Assembly (NCBI GenBank): GCA_041690295.1
Contig: JAWLHR010000006.1
Coordinates: 1-64,000, forward strand
Direction: 5' to 3'
DNA length: 64,000 bases
Source: Bdellovibrionales bacterium
GTDB lineage: Bacteria; Bdellovibrionota; Bdellovibrionia; Bdellovibrionales; UBA1609
The position numbers and the translations under genes are program-made. Below the pieces are notes generated by a model. It worked only from the letters and a program-made list of their open reading frames with translations. It did not search any database and was not told the origin of the DNA. Every line of letters starts with the position of its first letter. The stretch's first letter is position 1. Shown in pieces: positions 27,275 to 37,500 of this stretch.

Positions 27275-29542
27275 GTGAAGATACTCTTTTTCTTGGGATT
27301 GGCTTTGCTCTCGTTTCATGCGCTGGCCAGCGGGGTGTCGGTGATCAGCGTGTCGTTGGACCAAAAAGTCGAAGCCCCGCGGTGGATGTACGATAGCAAA
27401 GCGAAGGTTTCCAATCATCGTCTCGTTAACTTAATGGTTCAGGCGAAAAAAGCTTATCTGGCGAAAGACCGCGCGGCTTGTATCGCGGCCATTGAGAAAT
27501 CCTACACCTTGGGTAAAAGCCTCGCCCCCTGGCTGGCGCTCAATCAACTGCAATGCGCGCAAATAAAAGAAAAAAACGGGCGCGGCTCAAGCTTCGCGCT
27601 TTCCAAGGCCATTGCCAAAGTCGAAAGTGAACCGCGATGGCTTTTGAGTGGTCCGGCGGCGGGTCTTTTGCGGGCCAATTATGTCGGCGCCCTTTTGATG
27701 TTGGCGGAAGTGCAATCGAAATCCAATCGAAGGGCCGCATGGAAAACCATCGATAAGCTGGCGCAAATTCAAGGGTGGATGACTTTGGAAGAGCGGGCGG
27801 CGACTTACCGTTGGGCCGGCGAGCTGGCGTTCATTGAACAAAATCTGCTCGCGGCACAAGACTTCTTAAGCCGCTCATTATCGGAAAAAGAAAGCGCGGA
27901 AATCCGCAGTCGAGTGGAGTCCATTCGATCCGCGCTTTTGGGCAAGAAGAAAGACGAGGAAGTTAAACCCAAGACTCCGGAAAAATCGGATGATGTGGGC
28001 ATCAGTGACGAAGAGAAAAATCTCGCGGCGCGGATGGTTCGGGCTTACGAGTCCCAGGACTATGTTTCCGCGATCGAAGACGGGATGGAGTTGCTGCGCA
28101 AGTTTCCGGGAAGTCAGCGCTCCAGTGAAGCCGCCGATCGCATTTTGAATATTTATCTGAGTTTGGCCAATCGCACGGACGAGAAATTTCGCAATGTACG
28201 CCAGACGATCGTACGCCTGATGGAAAAAGGTGACGCCGGGAGATTAAGTCGCTGGGCTTTGAACGCCTATGCGCGCGGCAATTACCTCGATGCCTTGCAC
28301 CTCGCGGAAAAGAGCTTCGAAAAATATAACGGGCAAGTTGAAGCCACCAAAGTTTTATTACTGGCCGGAAAGGCGGCGCTCGCCGCCGGAGAATACAGTG
28401 ATGCTCAACAGCACTTTGAGCGGTTGATTAAGTTTCATGGCGGGACCACCGAGGCCGCCGAGGCGACATTTCGACTTGGCCTTTTGGAGTTCCGTCGTAA
28501 ACGTTATCCCCAAGCCGCGGCTTATTTCGAGAGAGTGGCCGCTCTTAAGTCGGGTTCCGATTTTGAATATCGATCGCTGCATTGGCAGTGGCGGGCGCAA
28601 CAGAAAATCGATCCGGAAAAATCGGTGGAGTACGGAAAGCTTCTCGCTTCAAAATATCCGTTCTCCTATTACGGCCTGAGGGCGATGGCCGAACTCAATT
28701 CCGGTGAGGTGAAACTACCGCCGTCTTCAAAGCCGATCAAAGTTGATCTCCGGCTTTTGCAAAGTGAACGACTCGCCTGGGAACGACTGCAGGTTCTATT
28801 GAGAGCCGGTTGGTTCAAGGAAGCCGAACGGGAATTGGATGCCCTTCCTGATCCAGTGAGCGATGAGGATCGATTGATCCGTGCGAAGTTCTGGGCTTTA
28901 ACGATGCGCTATGATCTTGCGATCCAGGAAGTCTCACAAGCCATCGATTCGGATTCAAGTTTGGCGCAGATACCGGTGCTTAAACTCGTGTTTCCCTATG
29001 AATACACGGCATGGATTGAACGCGAGAGTAAGATCACGAAAATCGGCGCCGATTGGTTGCGTTCGCTGATCCGTCAGGAAAGCTCGTTCAGGGCGGATGC
29101 CAAAAGCCCCGCGAATGCGCTTGGGCTTATGCAGCTTCTCCCGGCGACGGGTGGAGAAGTCGCGCGGGACTTGAGAATAAAGAATTACCAGGGAAGCGAA
29201 TCCCTGCTGAATCCCGAGATCAACATCAAAGTGGGCGCGCATTATCTTAGCCGGATGATAAGAAATTTTAATGGTAACGTGCCTCTGGCCCTGGCGGCCT
29301 ACAATGCGGGCCCGACTCGACTCCGCCGATGGCTGTCCGCTCGCAAGGACTTAAGTCTGTTGGAAACCACGGCCTCCTCCTCGCCCGAGGTCGAGATCTG
29401 GTTTGACGAGTTACCGTGGGAAGAGACCAGCTTTTACGTAAAATCGATTCTGCGTAATTGGATGATTTATCAAATATTAAATGGATCTAAACTGTCTCTT
29501 TCTGAGCCGTTGTGGGTGGACGCAAGATCAACTTCGCGATAG
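27275..29542 (+). CDS. TPR-containing soluble lytic transglycosylase (SLT domain)
   Basis: IRQESSF, ALGLMQL, LAAYNAG, ETSFYVK; TPRs upstream. Confidence 0.9.
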   Translation: MKILFFLGLALLSFHALASGVSVISVSLDQKVEAPRWMYDSKAKVSNHRLVNLMVQAKKAYLAKDRAACIAAIEKSYTLGKSLAPWLALNQLQCAQIKEKNGRGSSFALSKAIAKVESEPRWLLSGPAAGLLRANYVGALLMLAEVQSKSNRRAAWKTIDKLAQIQGWMTLEERAATYRWAGELAFIEQNLLAAQDFLSRSLSEKESAEIRSRVESIRSALLGKKKDEEVKPKTPEKSDDVGISDEEKNLAARMVRAYESQDYVSAIEDGMELLRKFPGSQRSSEAADRILNIYLSLANRTDEKFRNVRQTIVRLMEKGDAGRLSRWALNAYARGNYLDALHLAEKSFEKYNGQVEATKVLLLAGKAALAAGEYSDAQQHFERLIKFHGGTTEAAEATFRLGLLEFRRKRYPQAAAYFERVAALKSGSDFEYRSLHWQWRAQQKIDPEKSVEYGKLLASKYPFSYYGLRAMAELNSGEVKLPPSSKPIKVDLRLLQSERLAWERLQVLLRAGWFKEAERELDALPDPVSDEDRLIRAKFWALTMRYDLAIQEVSQAIDSDSSLAQIPVLKLVFPYEYTAWIERESKITKIGADWLRSLIRQESSFRADAKSPANALGLMQLLPATGGEVARDLRIKNYQGSESLLNPEINIKVGAHYLSRMIRNFNGNVPLALAAYNAGPTRLRRWLSARKDLSLLETTASSSPEVEIWFDELPWEETSFYVKSILRNWMIYQILNGSKLSLSEPLWVDARSTSR

Positions 29543-29653
29543 TCTTAAAGTAGGCCGTTCGTTTTCAGTACGCGTCGATGTAGTGCGATAAAAAATTCTC
29601 GAATAGTGCGCACATTGTGATCGAGAGGCCGCAAAACCAGGGGAGTCCGTTTG

Positions 29654-31306
29654 ATGTCGTTTTGCAAAAGAGGCCTTTTGGTCTCCAGCCTACTGTTACT
29701 TTCCGCATGCGCCAGTCTCACTCAAAAAAAATCGTCGCAAAATTCCGGTGAGTCCGGAGTCGAAGGCGCCCGCGCGGAGATCGCCGAAAAGGAAGATTCA
29801 TCGGAAGAGGTCGAGAAAAAGGCGGAGATGCCTTACAAGAGCGCCTATGGCGACATTCCGATGGATTACAATGTTCACGTCGAAAAGTGGATCCGCTACT
29901 TCACCGGCAAGGGCCGCAAGCACATGAAGTTATACCTGGAGCGCTCAACCCGCTACTTGCCGATGATGAAGAACGTCTTGCGGGAAAACGGATTACCTGA
30001 GGATCTGGTTTATATCGCATTGATTGAATCGGGATTTTCTCCGCGCGCGCACTCGCGGGCCAATGCCGTTGGTTACTGGCAGTTCATTCGCGGAACCGGC
30101 CGCCGGTTCGGGCTGAAGCTGGATACGTTCATCGATGAACGGCGTGACCCGGTTTTATCCACTCGCGCCGCCGCCGAGTATTTTAAAACCCTTTATAATT
30201 TTCTCGGGTCCTGGCACCTTGCCATGGCCGCCTATAACGTCGGTGAAATGCGGGTCAAGCGCGCGGTCACCCGGTACTACACACGGGATTTTTGGGAGTT
30301 GATCAAGAAGCGCCGGTCGTTCCCCGCCGAGACAAAGAATTACGTTCCTAAGTTCATCGCGGCGGCCATGATCGCGAAAAATCCCGAGCGATACGGCTTT
30401 ACGGATTTGCAGTTTGAAGACCCGCTTTCCTACGATACGGTCACCCTGCAAAACCCAATCAGTTTGTCCAAGCTGGCGGCGAATCTCAGTGTTGACGTGG
30501 ATGAATTAAAACTTCTCAATCCGAAATTCCGCACGGATTTCGTGCCGATTTCCCGAAACAACGAAACCGTGGTGCGGATTCCCGTGGGACGGGCCACCGA
30601 TGCCTTGGCGGCTCTTCCAATGAGTGTGACGACTCAACCCAAAGTGGTTCAGGCGGAGTACTTTTACTATCGCATCCGTCGCGGCGACAATCTTTCAACG
30701 ATCGCGAAAAGATACCGGACCACGGTGTCTCGCCTTCGCCGTTTGAACAACCTTTCAAACCGGGCGATTTTGCGGCCGGGTCGGCGGCTTCGCGTGCCGG
30801 ATAACGGCGGCGACGGTATTAAGCTTGTGACCGAAGAGGACGCGGCGGGAAAGGGCGCCCGTAATTCCAGATCCTCGGTGCGCTCCCGTGACGTCAAGTA
30901 CCATGTGGTTCGTCGTGGCGAGAATCTCACCACCATTGCTCAAAAATACGGGACGTCCGTGTCGGAACTTCGCCGCTTGAACCAATTGGGTTCAAGGTCA
31001 TTGATTCGATTGGGGCAGAAATTGCGCGTGCAAGCGGACTCCGCGAAGACCACTCGGATGGCGGAGTTTTCCCGGCGCAAAGTGGCGGGGTCGGATAATA
31101 AACGCCGCCGTGCTCCCTCCTCGAGCAAAGCGGCGAAACTGTCGAATCAGAATGGTAGAGTGCGTAAACATCTCGTCCGTCGCGGCGAGACGCTTTGGGA
31201 TCTATCAAAAAAGTATCGTGTGACGGTTCGTGAGTTGGCGAAAGCCAACGGCCTTAAAGTCAATCACCGGGTGATGGCTGGGCAGAAACTTCTAATACCC
31301 GACTAA
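29654..31306 (+). CDS. mltD: MltD-like lipoprotein lytic transglycosylase with LysM repeats
   Basis: Lipobox LSAC, IESGF, GYWQFI, AAYNVG, ETKNYVPK; three clear LysM repeats (RRGDNL, RRGENL, RRGETL). Confidence 0.88.
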   Translation: MSFCKRGLLVSSLLLLSACASLTQKKSSQNSGESGVEGARAEIAEKEDSSEEVEKKAEMPYKSAYGDIPMDYNVHVEKWIRYFTGKGRKHMKLYLERSTRYLPMMKNVLRENGLPEDLVYIALIESGFSPRAHSRANAVGYWQFIRGTGRRFGLKLDTFIDERRDPVLSTRAAAEYFKTLYNFLGSWHLAMAAYNVGEMRVKRAVTRYYTRDFWELIKKRRSFPAETKNYVPKFIAAAMIAKNPERYGFTDLQFEDPLSYDTVTLQNPISLSKLAANLSVDVDELKLLNPKFRTDFVPISRNNETVVRIPVGRATDALAALPMSVTTQPKVVQAEYFYYRIRRGDNLSTIAKRYRTTVSRLRRLNNLSNRAILRPGRRLRVPDNGGDGIKLVTEEDAAGKGARNSRSSVRSRDVKYHVVRRGENLTTIAQKYGTSVSELRRLNQLGSRSLIRLGQKLRVQADSAKTTRMAEFSRRKVAGSDNKRRRAPSSSKAAKLSNQNGRVRKHLVRRGETLWDLSKKYRVTVRELAKANGLKVNHRVMAGQKLLIPD

Positions 31307-31433
31307 CTTCGTCCGTCCCCTCAGCAAAGCTATATTGTCCTGTGCTGGCGTTGTATTCGGTGGAGCCACAGCCGGATAGCGTGAATGTTATCCCCATGGC
31401 GGCGAGCAAGTAGACGATTACAAGCTCTTTCAT
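31260..31433 (-). CDS. Small putative lipoprotein (57 aa)
   Basis: AGAGGGGGA RBS; MKELVIVYLLAAMGITFTLSGC lipobox; 3' end overlaps the end of mltD. Confidence 0.5.
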   Translation of the reverse strand: MKELVIVYLLAAMGITFTLSGCGSTEYNASTGQYSFAEGTDEVSRVLEVSAQPSPGD

Positions 31434-31543
31434 TATATCCCCCTCTGCGATTGGAATTATGCAAAGGGTTTGCACCGTCATAATTAAATAGCGCCATTTA
31501 CGCTGTTTACAGATGAAACACTGAAAACGGCGTGGACAGCGGA

Positions 31544-34500
31544 TTAGGGGATCCGAGTGATTTTCATGAAGCTGCCCTTAAGAACTCTGATGGCTGTCGT
31601 TTCCGAGCTGTTCTGGGTCCATTGCAGGGTCAGGTTGCCGGCGTTCGCTCCGGTCTCGATCACACCTCGAAGGTTGAACCGTCCCGGCTGACTGGAGGAA
31701 ACCTTATTGGTTGAGACAGATGGATTCGTATAGCTTGAATAGTCATTGTAGTAAGACCATCCAGCGGTGATGTCCCCATAGTTCGCATAAATATTAATTT
31801 CGTAGAAGAAGAAGTTCTGTGACGATGGACCCGTCAGCCTTATCCTAATATTGTCTTTCGATCCCGTGTTGTTGTCGTAAAAACCGTGAATTTCAAACAG
31901 GTACTTCGCGTTGGCTTTGAGCGGATAAGTGAGGTGATCATCGTTTTGAAATGTCGTACTGCTGCTCACGCTCTCGTTTGTCGTTTTATAAACGTACTGA
32001 GTAGGACTTAACATTAACCATTCGCCGTCCTGATAACCTTCGAAATGGGCGGTGGTGGTGTTGTAGCGGATCATACCGTTCGTGCCGCTGGGGCGATTCG
32101 CTGTCGTGTCGCGCGGAACCAGCATGGCGCTCTGGGATCCGGTGCCATTGATATCCAAAATGGCGCCGGAGTTGGGGTTGTTGGTACCAATGCCCACGCG
32201 ACCTTCTTGGGTGATGCGCATGCGCTCTTGCTCTTCCGTGGGACCGACGCCGGCACCGTCTTTACCGGTTCCGAAAATTAAATGGGCGCTACCGCTACCG
32301 TTAACTTTGCGTTCGGCGCCGATATATGCGGAAACCCCGTCCTGTGTGGTATCGGAGAATGTCGCGAAGCGGATGCGAGCCGAGCTTCCGTTCGCGGTTG
32401 AATTACTTTGAACCGTGATCGGATAAAAAACGTTGTTATAGGTGGCGGTGGGCTGTCTAACATGCAGTGGATCCCACGGAGTCACATTGATACCGACTCG
32501 CCCGTTATCGTCGATCTTAATTCCCTCATTGCCGCCGTCATTACTGAGCCAGTTACCATTCAACTGAATGTTCGTTGTGGCTTTATGATCACCTAGGTTA
32601 TCTCCACCGCTGCTGACCATGTCGACCCAAGCGCTGTTTTGATAGACTTCGAATTTATTTGAATCCGTATTGTAACGGATCATACCATTCACACCACTCG
32701 GGCGGTTGGCTTGCGTGTCGCGGGGAACAATTATCGCGCTAGCATCGCCTGTACCAACGATATCAAGGCGGGCGGCCGGAGTGGTCGTTCCGATACCGAC
32801 ATTTCCACTCACGTCGATCCGCATTTGTTCCACGTCATCAGCCGTGACAAAAGCTAATTGCCCCTGGCCGCTCGTACTGGTGGTTCCCACCTTTAAAACT
32901 CTCGGAAAGTCTGGGTGGCTCGAGCCGTGCATTCTCAATACTCCGCGGTTCGTGAGCGCTTCCGCAATGACTTCCACAGCCGCCGAGTTACTGGTTGATG
33001 TCAGACGCTGGTTGATGGATCCCGACCCCACAATATGAAGCCGATTGGATCCTGTCATCGAAGTCGTTCCAATACCTACCCTCCCTTCGTCGTCGACTCG
33101 TAAGCGTTCCGTACCCGCGGTTGAAAAGGCGAGTACATTCGATGCAGGCAGATAAACTCCCGTCGTCTGATCGTTGGCAAATGTAATACTAGGCGAAGCA
33201 GCGCTGCCATCGATGGCTTTGAATGTGCCCGTCATAGCCACGGAACCATCCTTAAAGAAGTCGCCATCACCCGAGCTAACCATGTTCGTCCATTGGCCGT
33301 CTTCGTAAACTTCAAACTTCGCCAAAGACGTGTTGTAACGGATCATACCGTCAACCGCATTGGTTGGGCGGCTTGAGGTGTCCGCGCGGGGAACGAGAAG
33401 TGAACTGGTGTCCGATGTCGTGCCCCAAAGGTCAAGTAACGCACCCGGAGTCACACTTGATGTCCCCAAAGCGAGGGTTCCGTTAGCACCAAGTTGAGGA
33501 ATCTTATTCGCGGTGATACCGACATCAACGGAAATTGTCTTTTCACTTCCCGCACCGGCGATAACGATTCCCGTACCGGCGACAAGGTCGAGAGACGCAT
33601 CATCAGCCGGTAACCAGGCGCTGCCATTCCACTTGAGCACTTGTTGATTAGTCGCACCGGTTTGAGTAAGCGCTGTTGTCGGAATCGCAATCGTCTCTTC
33701 ACTGGCCGCGGTTAAGCGACCTTGAGCGTCGACCGTGAACTTCGCAACAGCCGTGGCGGAGCCGTACGACTGCGCGGTCACACCTGTGTCGTCTAGATCA
33801 ATTGTGACAGCACCGGAAGTGCCGCCACCGGTAAGACCTGTACCGGCCGCGACTTCCGTAATCGTGCCACCGCCATTGTCATCATCCGCGCAAAGCCAGG
33901 CGGAGCCATTCCACTTTAAGATTTGTTGATTGCTACAAGCCACGTTGTTCGGAGCATAAGTGAAATACTTGCCAGCGGCTGAGCCAATATCACTTACATC
34001 CAAAGTCACAGCACCCGTTCGGCCAGCGACTGAAGTCACCGGAGCTGAAGGAACCGGGCGAGGTTCCCAAGCGTTTGCTGATTGATTCCACATTAAAACT
34101 TCGGTGTCGTTCGGAGCTGTTGAGGCAATGTCACGACCTTGAAGTTTGGTCGCATCAGTCGAGTCATTATCATCACCGGGCAACCAAGAACTGCCATTCC
34201 ATTTGAGCACTTGCCCGTTTGAAGCACTCGTTTGAGTGAGGGCCGTCGTGGGAATGGCAATCGTCTCGTTGCTGGCCGCGGTTAAGCGACCTTGAGCGTC
34301 GACCGTGAACTTCGCAACTGAAGTGGCAGAGCCGTAGGACTGAGCGGTCACACCTGTTGTATCGAGGTGCAATGTGACAACACCTGAAGTTCCACCACCG
34401 GTAAGACCTGTTCCGGCCACCACTTCTTCAATGTCGCCAGAGTTACCAGGCGGCAAGGGCCGGGGTTCCCATTGGCTTGTCGTTCCATTCCACGTCAAAA

Positions 34501-37500
34501 CGTCCGAAGAATTCGGAGCCGTGGACGCGATATCGCGGGATTGGAGTTTGGTCGCATCAGTTGAATCATTGTCATCGGCTGGCAACCAACCACTACCATT
34601 CCATTTCAACACTTGCCCATTGTTAGCACCGGTTTGAGTGATCGCTGTCGAGGGAATGGCAATCGTTTCTTCACTGGCCGCGGTTAAGCGACCTTGAGCG
34701 TCGACCGTGAATTTAGCGACAGCCGTGGCGGAGCCGTACGACTGCGCGGTCACACCTGTATTGTCCAGATCAATTGTGACAGCACCTGATGTTCCGCCAC
34801 CGGTAAGTCCTGTGCCGGCTGCGACTTCAGTGATCGTGCCACCGCCATCATCGTCGTCCGCGCAAAGCCATGCGGAGCCATTCCACTTCAATATTTGTTG
34901 ATTGCCGCAGGCCACATTGTTCGGAGCATAAGTGAAGTATTTGCCAGCGGCTGAGTTAATATCACCCACGTCCAAAGTCACCGCACCGGTTCGGCCTGCA
35001 ACGGATGTCACCGGAGCTGAAGGCACTGGTCTGGGTTCCCAAGCATTCGCTGATTGATTCCACATCAAGACTTCGGTGTCGTTCGGAGCTGTTGAGGCAA
35101 TGTCACGACCTTGAAGTTTGGTCGCGTCGGTTGAGTCATTATCATCACCGGGCAACCAGGCACTGCCATTCCATTTGAGCACTTGTTGATTAGTCGCACC
35201 GGTTTGAGTGATCGCTGTCGAGGGAATGGAGATCGCCACCGACTCGGCATCAATCAATCGGCCTTGAGCATCGACTTCAAATGTGGCCACTTCGGATGAA
35301 GAACCATAGGTGCCAGCCGTCACAGTTGTATCGTCCAGATCAATCGTGACAGCACCGGATGTGCCGCCACCGGTAAGGCCGGTACCGGCTGCCACTTCAG
35401 TGATCGTGCCACCGCCATCATCGTCGTCCGCGCAAAGCCATGCGGAGCCATTCCACTTTAAGATTTGTTGATTGCCGCAAATCACGTTATTAGGTGCATA
35501 AGTGAAGTACTTACCGGCGGCTGAGCCAATATCACTTACATCCAAAGTCACAGCACCCGTTCGGCCCGCAACGGATGTCACCGGAGCTGAAGGCACTGGT
35601 CTGGGTTCCCAAGCGTTCGCTGATTGATTCCACATTAAAACTTCGGTGTCGTTCGGAGCTGTGGCGGCAATGTCACGACCTTGAAGCTTGGTCGCATCGG
35701 TTGAGTCATTGTCGTCGGCCGGCAACCAGGCACTGCCATTCCACTTGAGCACTTGTTGATTAGTCGCACCGGTTTGAGTGAGTGCTGTTGTCGGAATCGC
35801 AATCGTCTCTTCACTGGCCGCGGTTAAACGACCTTGGGCATCCACCGTGAATTTAGCGACAGCCGTGGCTGAACCATACGACTGCGCGGTCACACCTGTT
35901 GTATCGAGGTGCAATGTGACAACACCAGATGCTCCACCACCGGTAAGTCCTGTTCCGGCCACAACTTCTTCAATGTCGCCAGAGTTACCAGGCGGCAAGG
36001 GCCGGGGTTCCCATTTGCTTGTCGTTCCATTCCACGTCAAAACGTCCGAAGAATTCGGAGCCGTGGACGCGATATCACGGGATTGGAGTTTGGTCGCGTC
36101 GGTCGAGTCATTATCATCAGCCGGCAACCAGGCACTGCCATTCCATTTGAGCACTTGTTGATTAGTCGCACCGGTTTGAGTGATCGCTGTCGAGGGAATG
36201 GAGATCGCCACCGACTCGGCATCAATCAATCGGCCTTGAGCATCGACTTCAAATGTGGCCACTTCGGATGAAGAACCATAGGTGCCAGCCGTCACAGTTG
36301 TATCGTCCAGATCAATCGTGACAGCACCGGATGTGCCGCCACCGGTAAGACCTGTGCCAGCCGCCACTTCTGTAATGTCGCCGCCAGCATTCTCATCGGC
36401 AGCGCAGTGCCAGCCAGATCCGTTCCACTTCAAAATCTCCTGGTTACCGCACGCCACGTTGTTCGGAGCATAAGTAAAGTACTTGCCTGCGGCGGAGCCA
36501 ATATCACCCACATCCAAGGTCACAGCACCAGTTTTACCTGCAACTGAAGACACCGGCGCTGAAGGCACCGGTTGCGGCTCCCAAGCGTTCGCTGATTGAT
36601 TCCACATTAAGACTTCGGTGTCGTTCGGAGCTGTTGAGGCAATGTCACGACCTTGAAGTTTTGTCGCATCCGTCGAATCATTATCGTCAGCCGGCAACCA
36701 AGCACTGCCATTCCACTTGAGCACTTGTTGATTAGTCGCACCGGTTTGAGTGAGGGCCGTCGTCGGAATCGCAATCGTTTCTTCACTGGCCGCGGTTAAA
36801 CGACCTTGAGCATCAACGGTGAATTTTGCCACAGCTGTGGAGGAACCATAGGTGCCAGCCGTCACGGTTGTATCGTCCAAATTAATTGTGACAGCACCGG
36901 ATGTTCCGCCACCAGAAAGTCCTGTTCCGGCGACCACTTCGGTGATCGTACCACCGCCGTTATCGTCAGCGGCGCAGTGCCAGCCAGATCCGTTCCACTT
37001 GAGCACTTCCTGATTACCGCAGGCCACGTTGTTCGGAGCATAAGTGAAATACTTGCCAGCGGCTGAACCAATATCACCCACATCCAAAGTCACCGCACCG
37101 GTTTTACCGGCCACTGATGTAACAGGAAAATTGATCGCCACGTCTTGAGCAAAGGTCACAACCCCTTGGGCATCCACACCGAACTGACCCACACTTGTGG
37201 TGCTTCCGTAAACTCCGGCGGTGACGCCAGATGCGCCCATCGCCGTGGGAACTGTCACACATTCCCAACCATCCGCGCCCCAACGAAGAATCTCGTTCAA
37301 GGCGCAGGTCTTAAATTTCAAAGTCTCACCCGTCGAACTGTCGCTGATGACCAGACGATTTTTGCCCATACCAGCTTGGTCCACGGTGCGGGCACTGATC
37401 GCATTGTCCGCGATCTTTGGCTCAGTGACCGCTTCATCATCAATCTTTGCCGTGGTCACGGCCTCATTGGCGATCGTGGGATTGGGATAAGTACCGGTTA

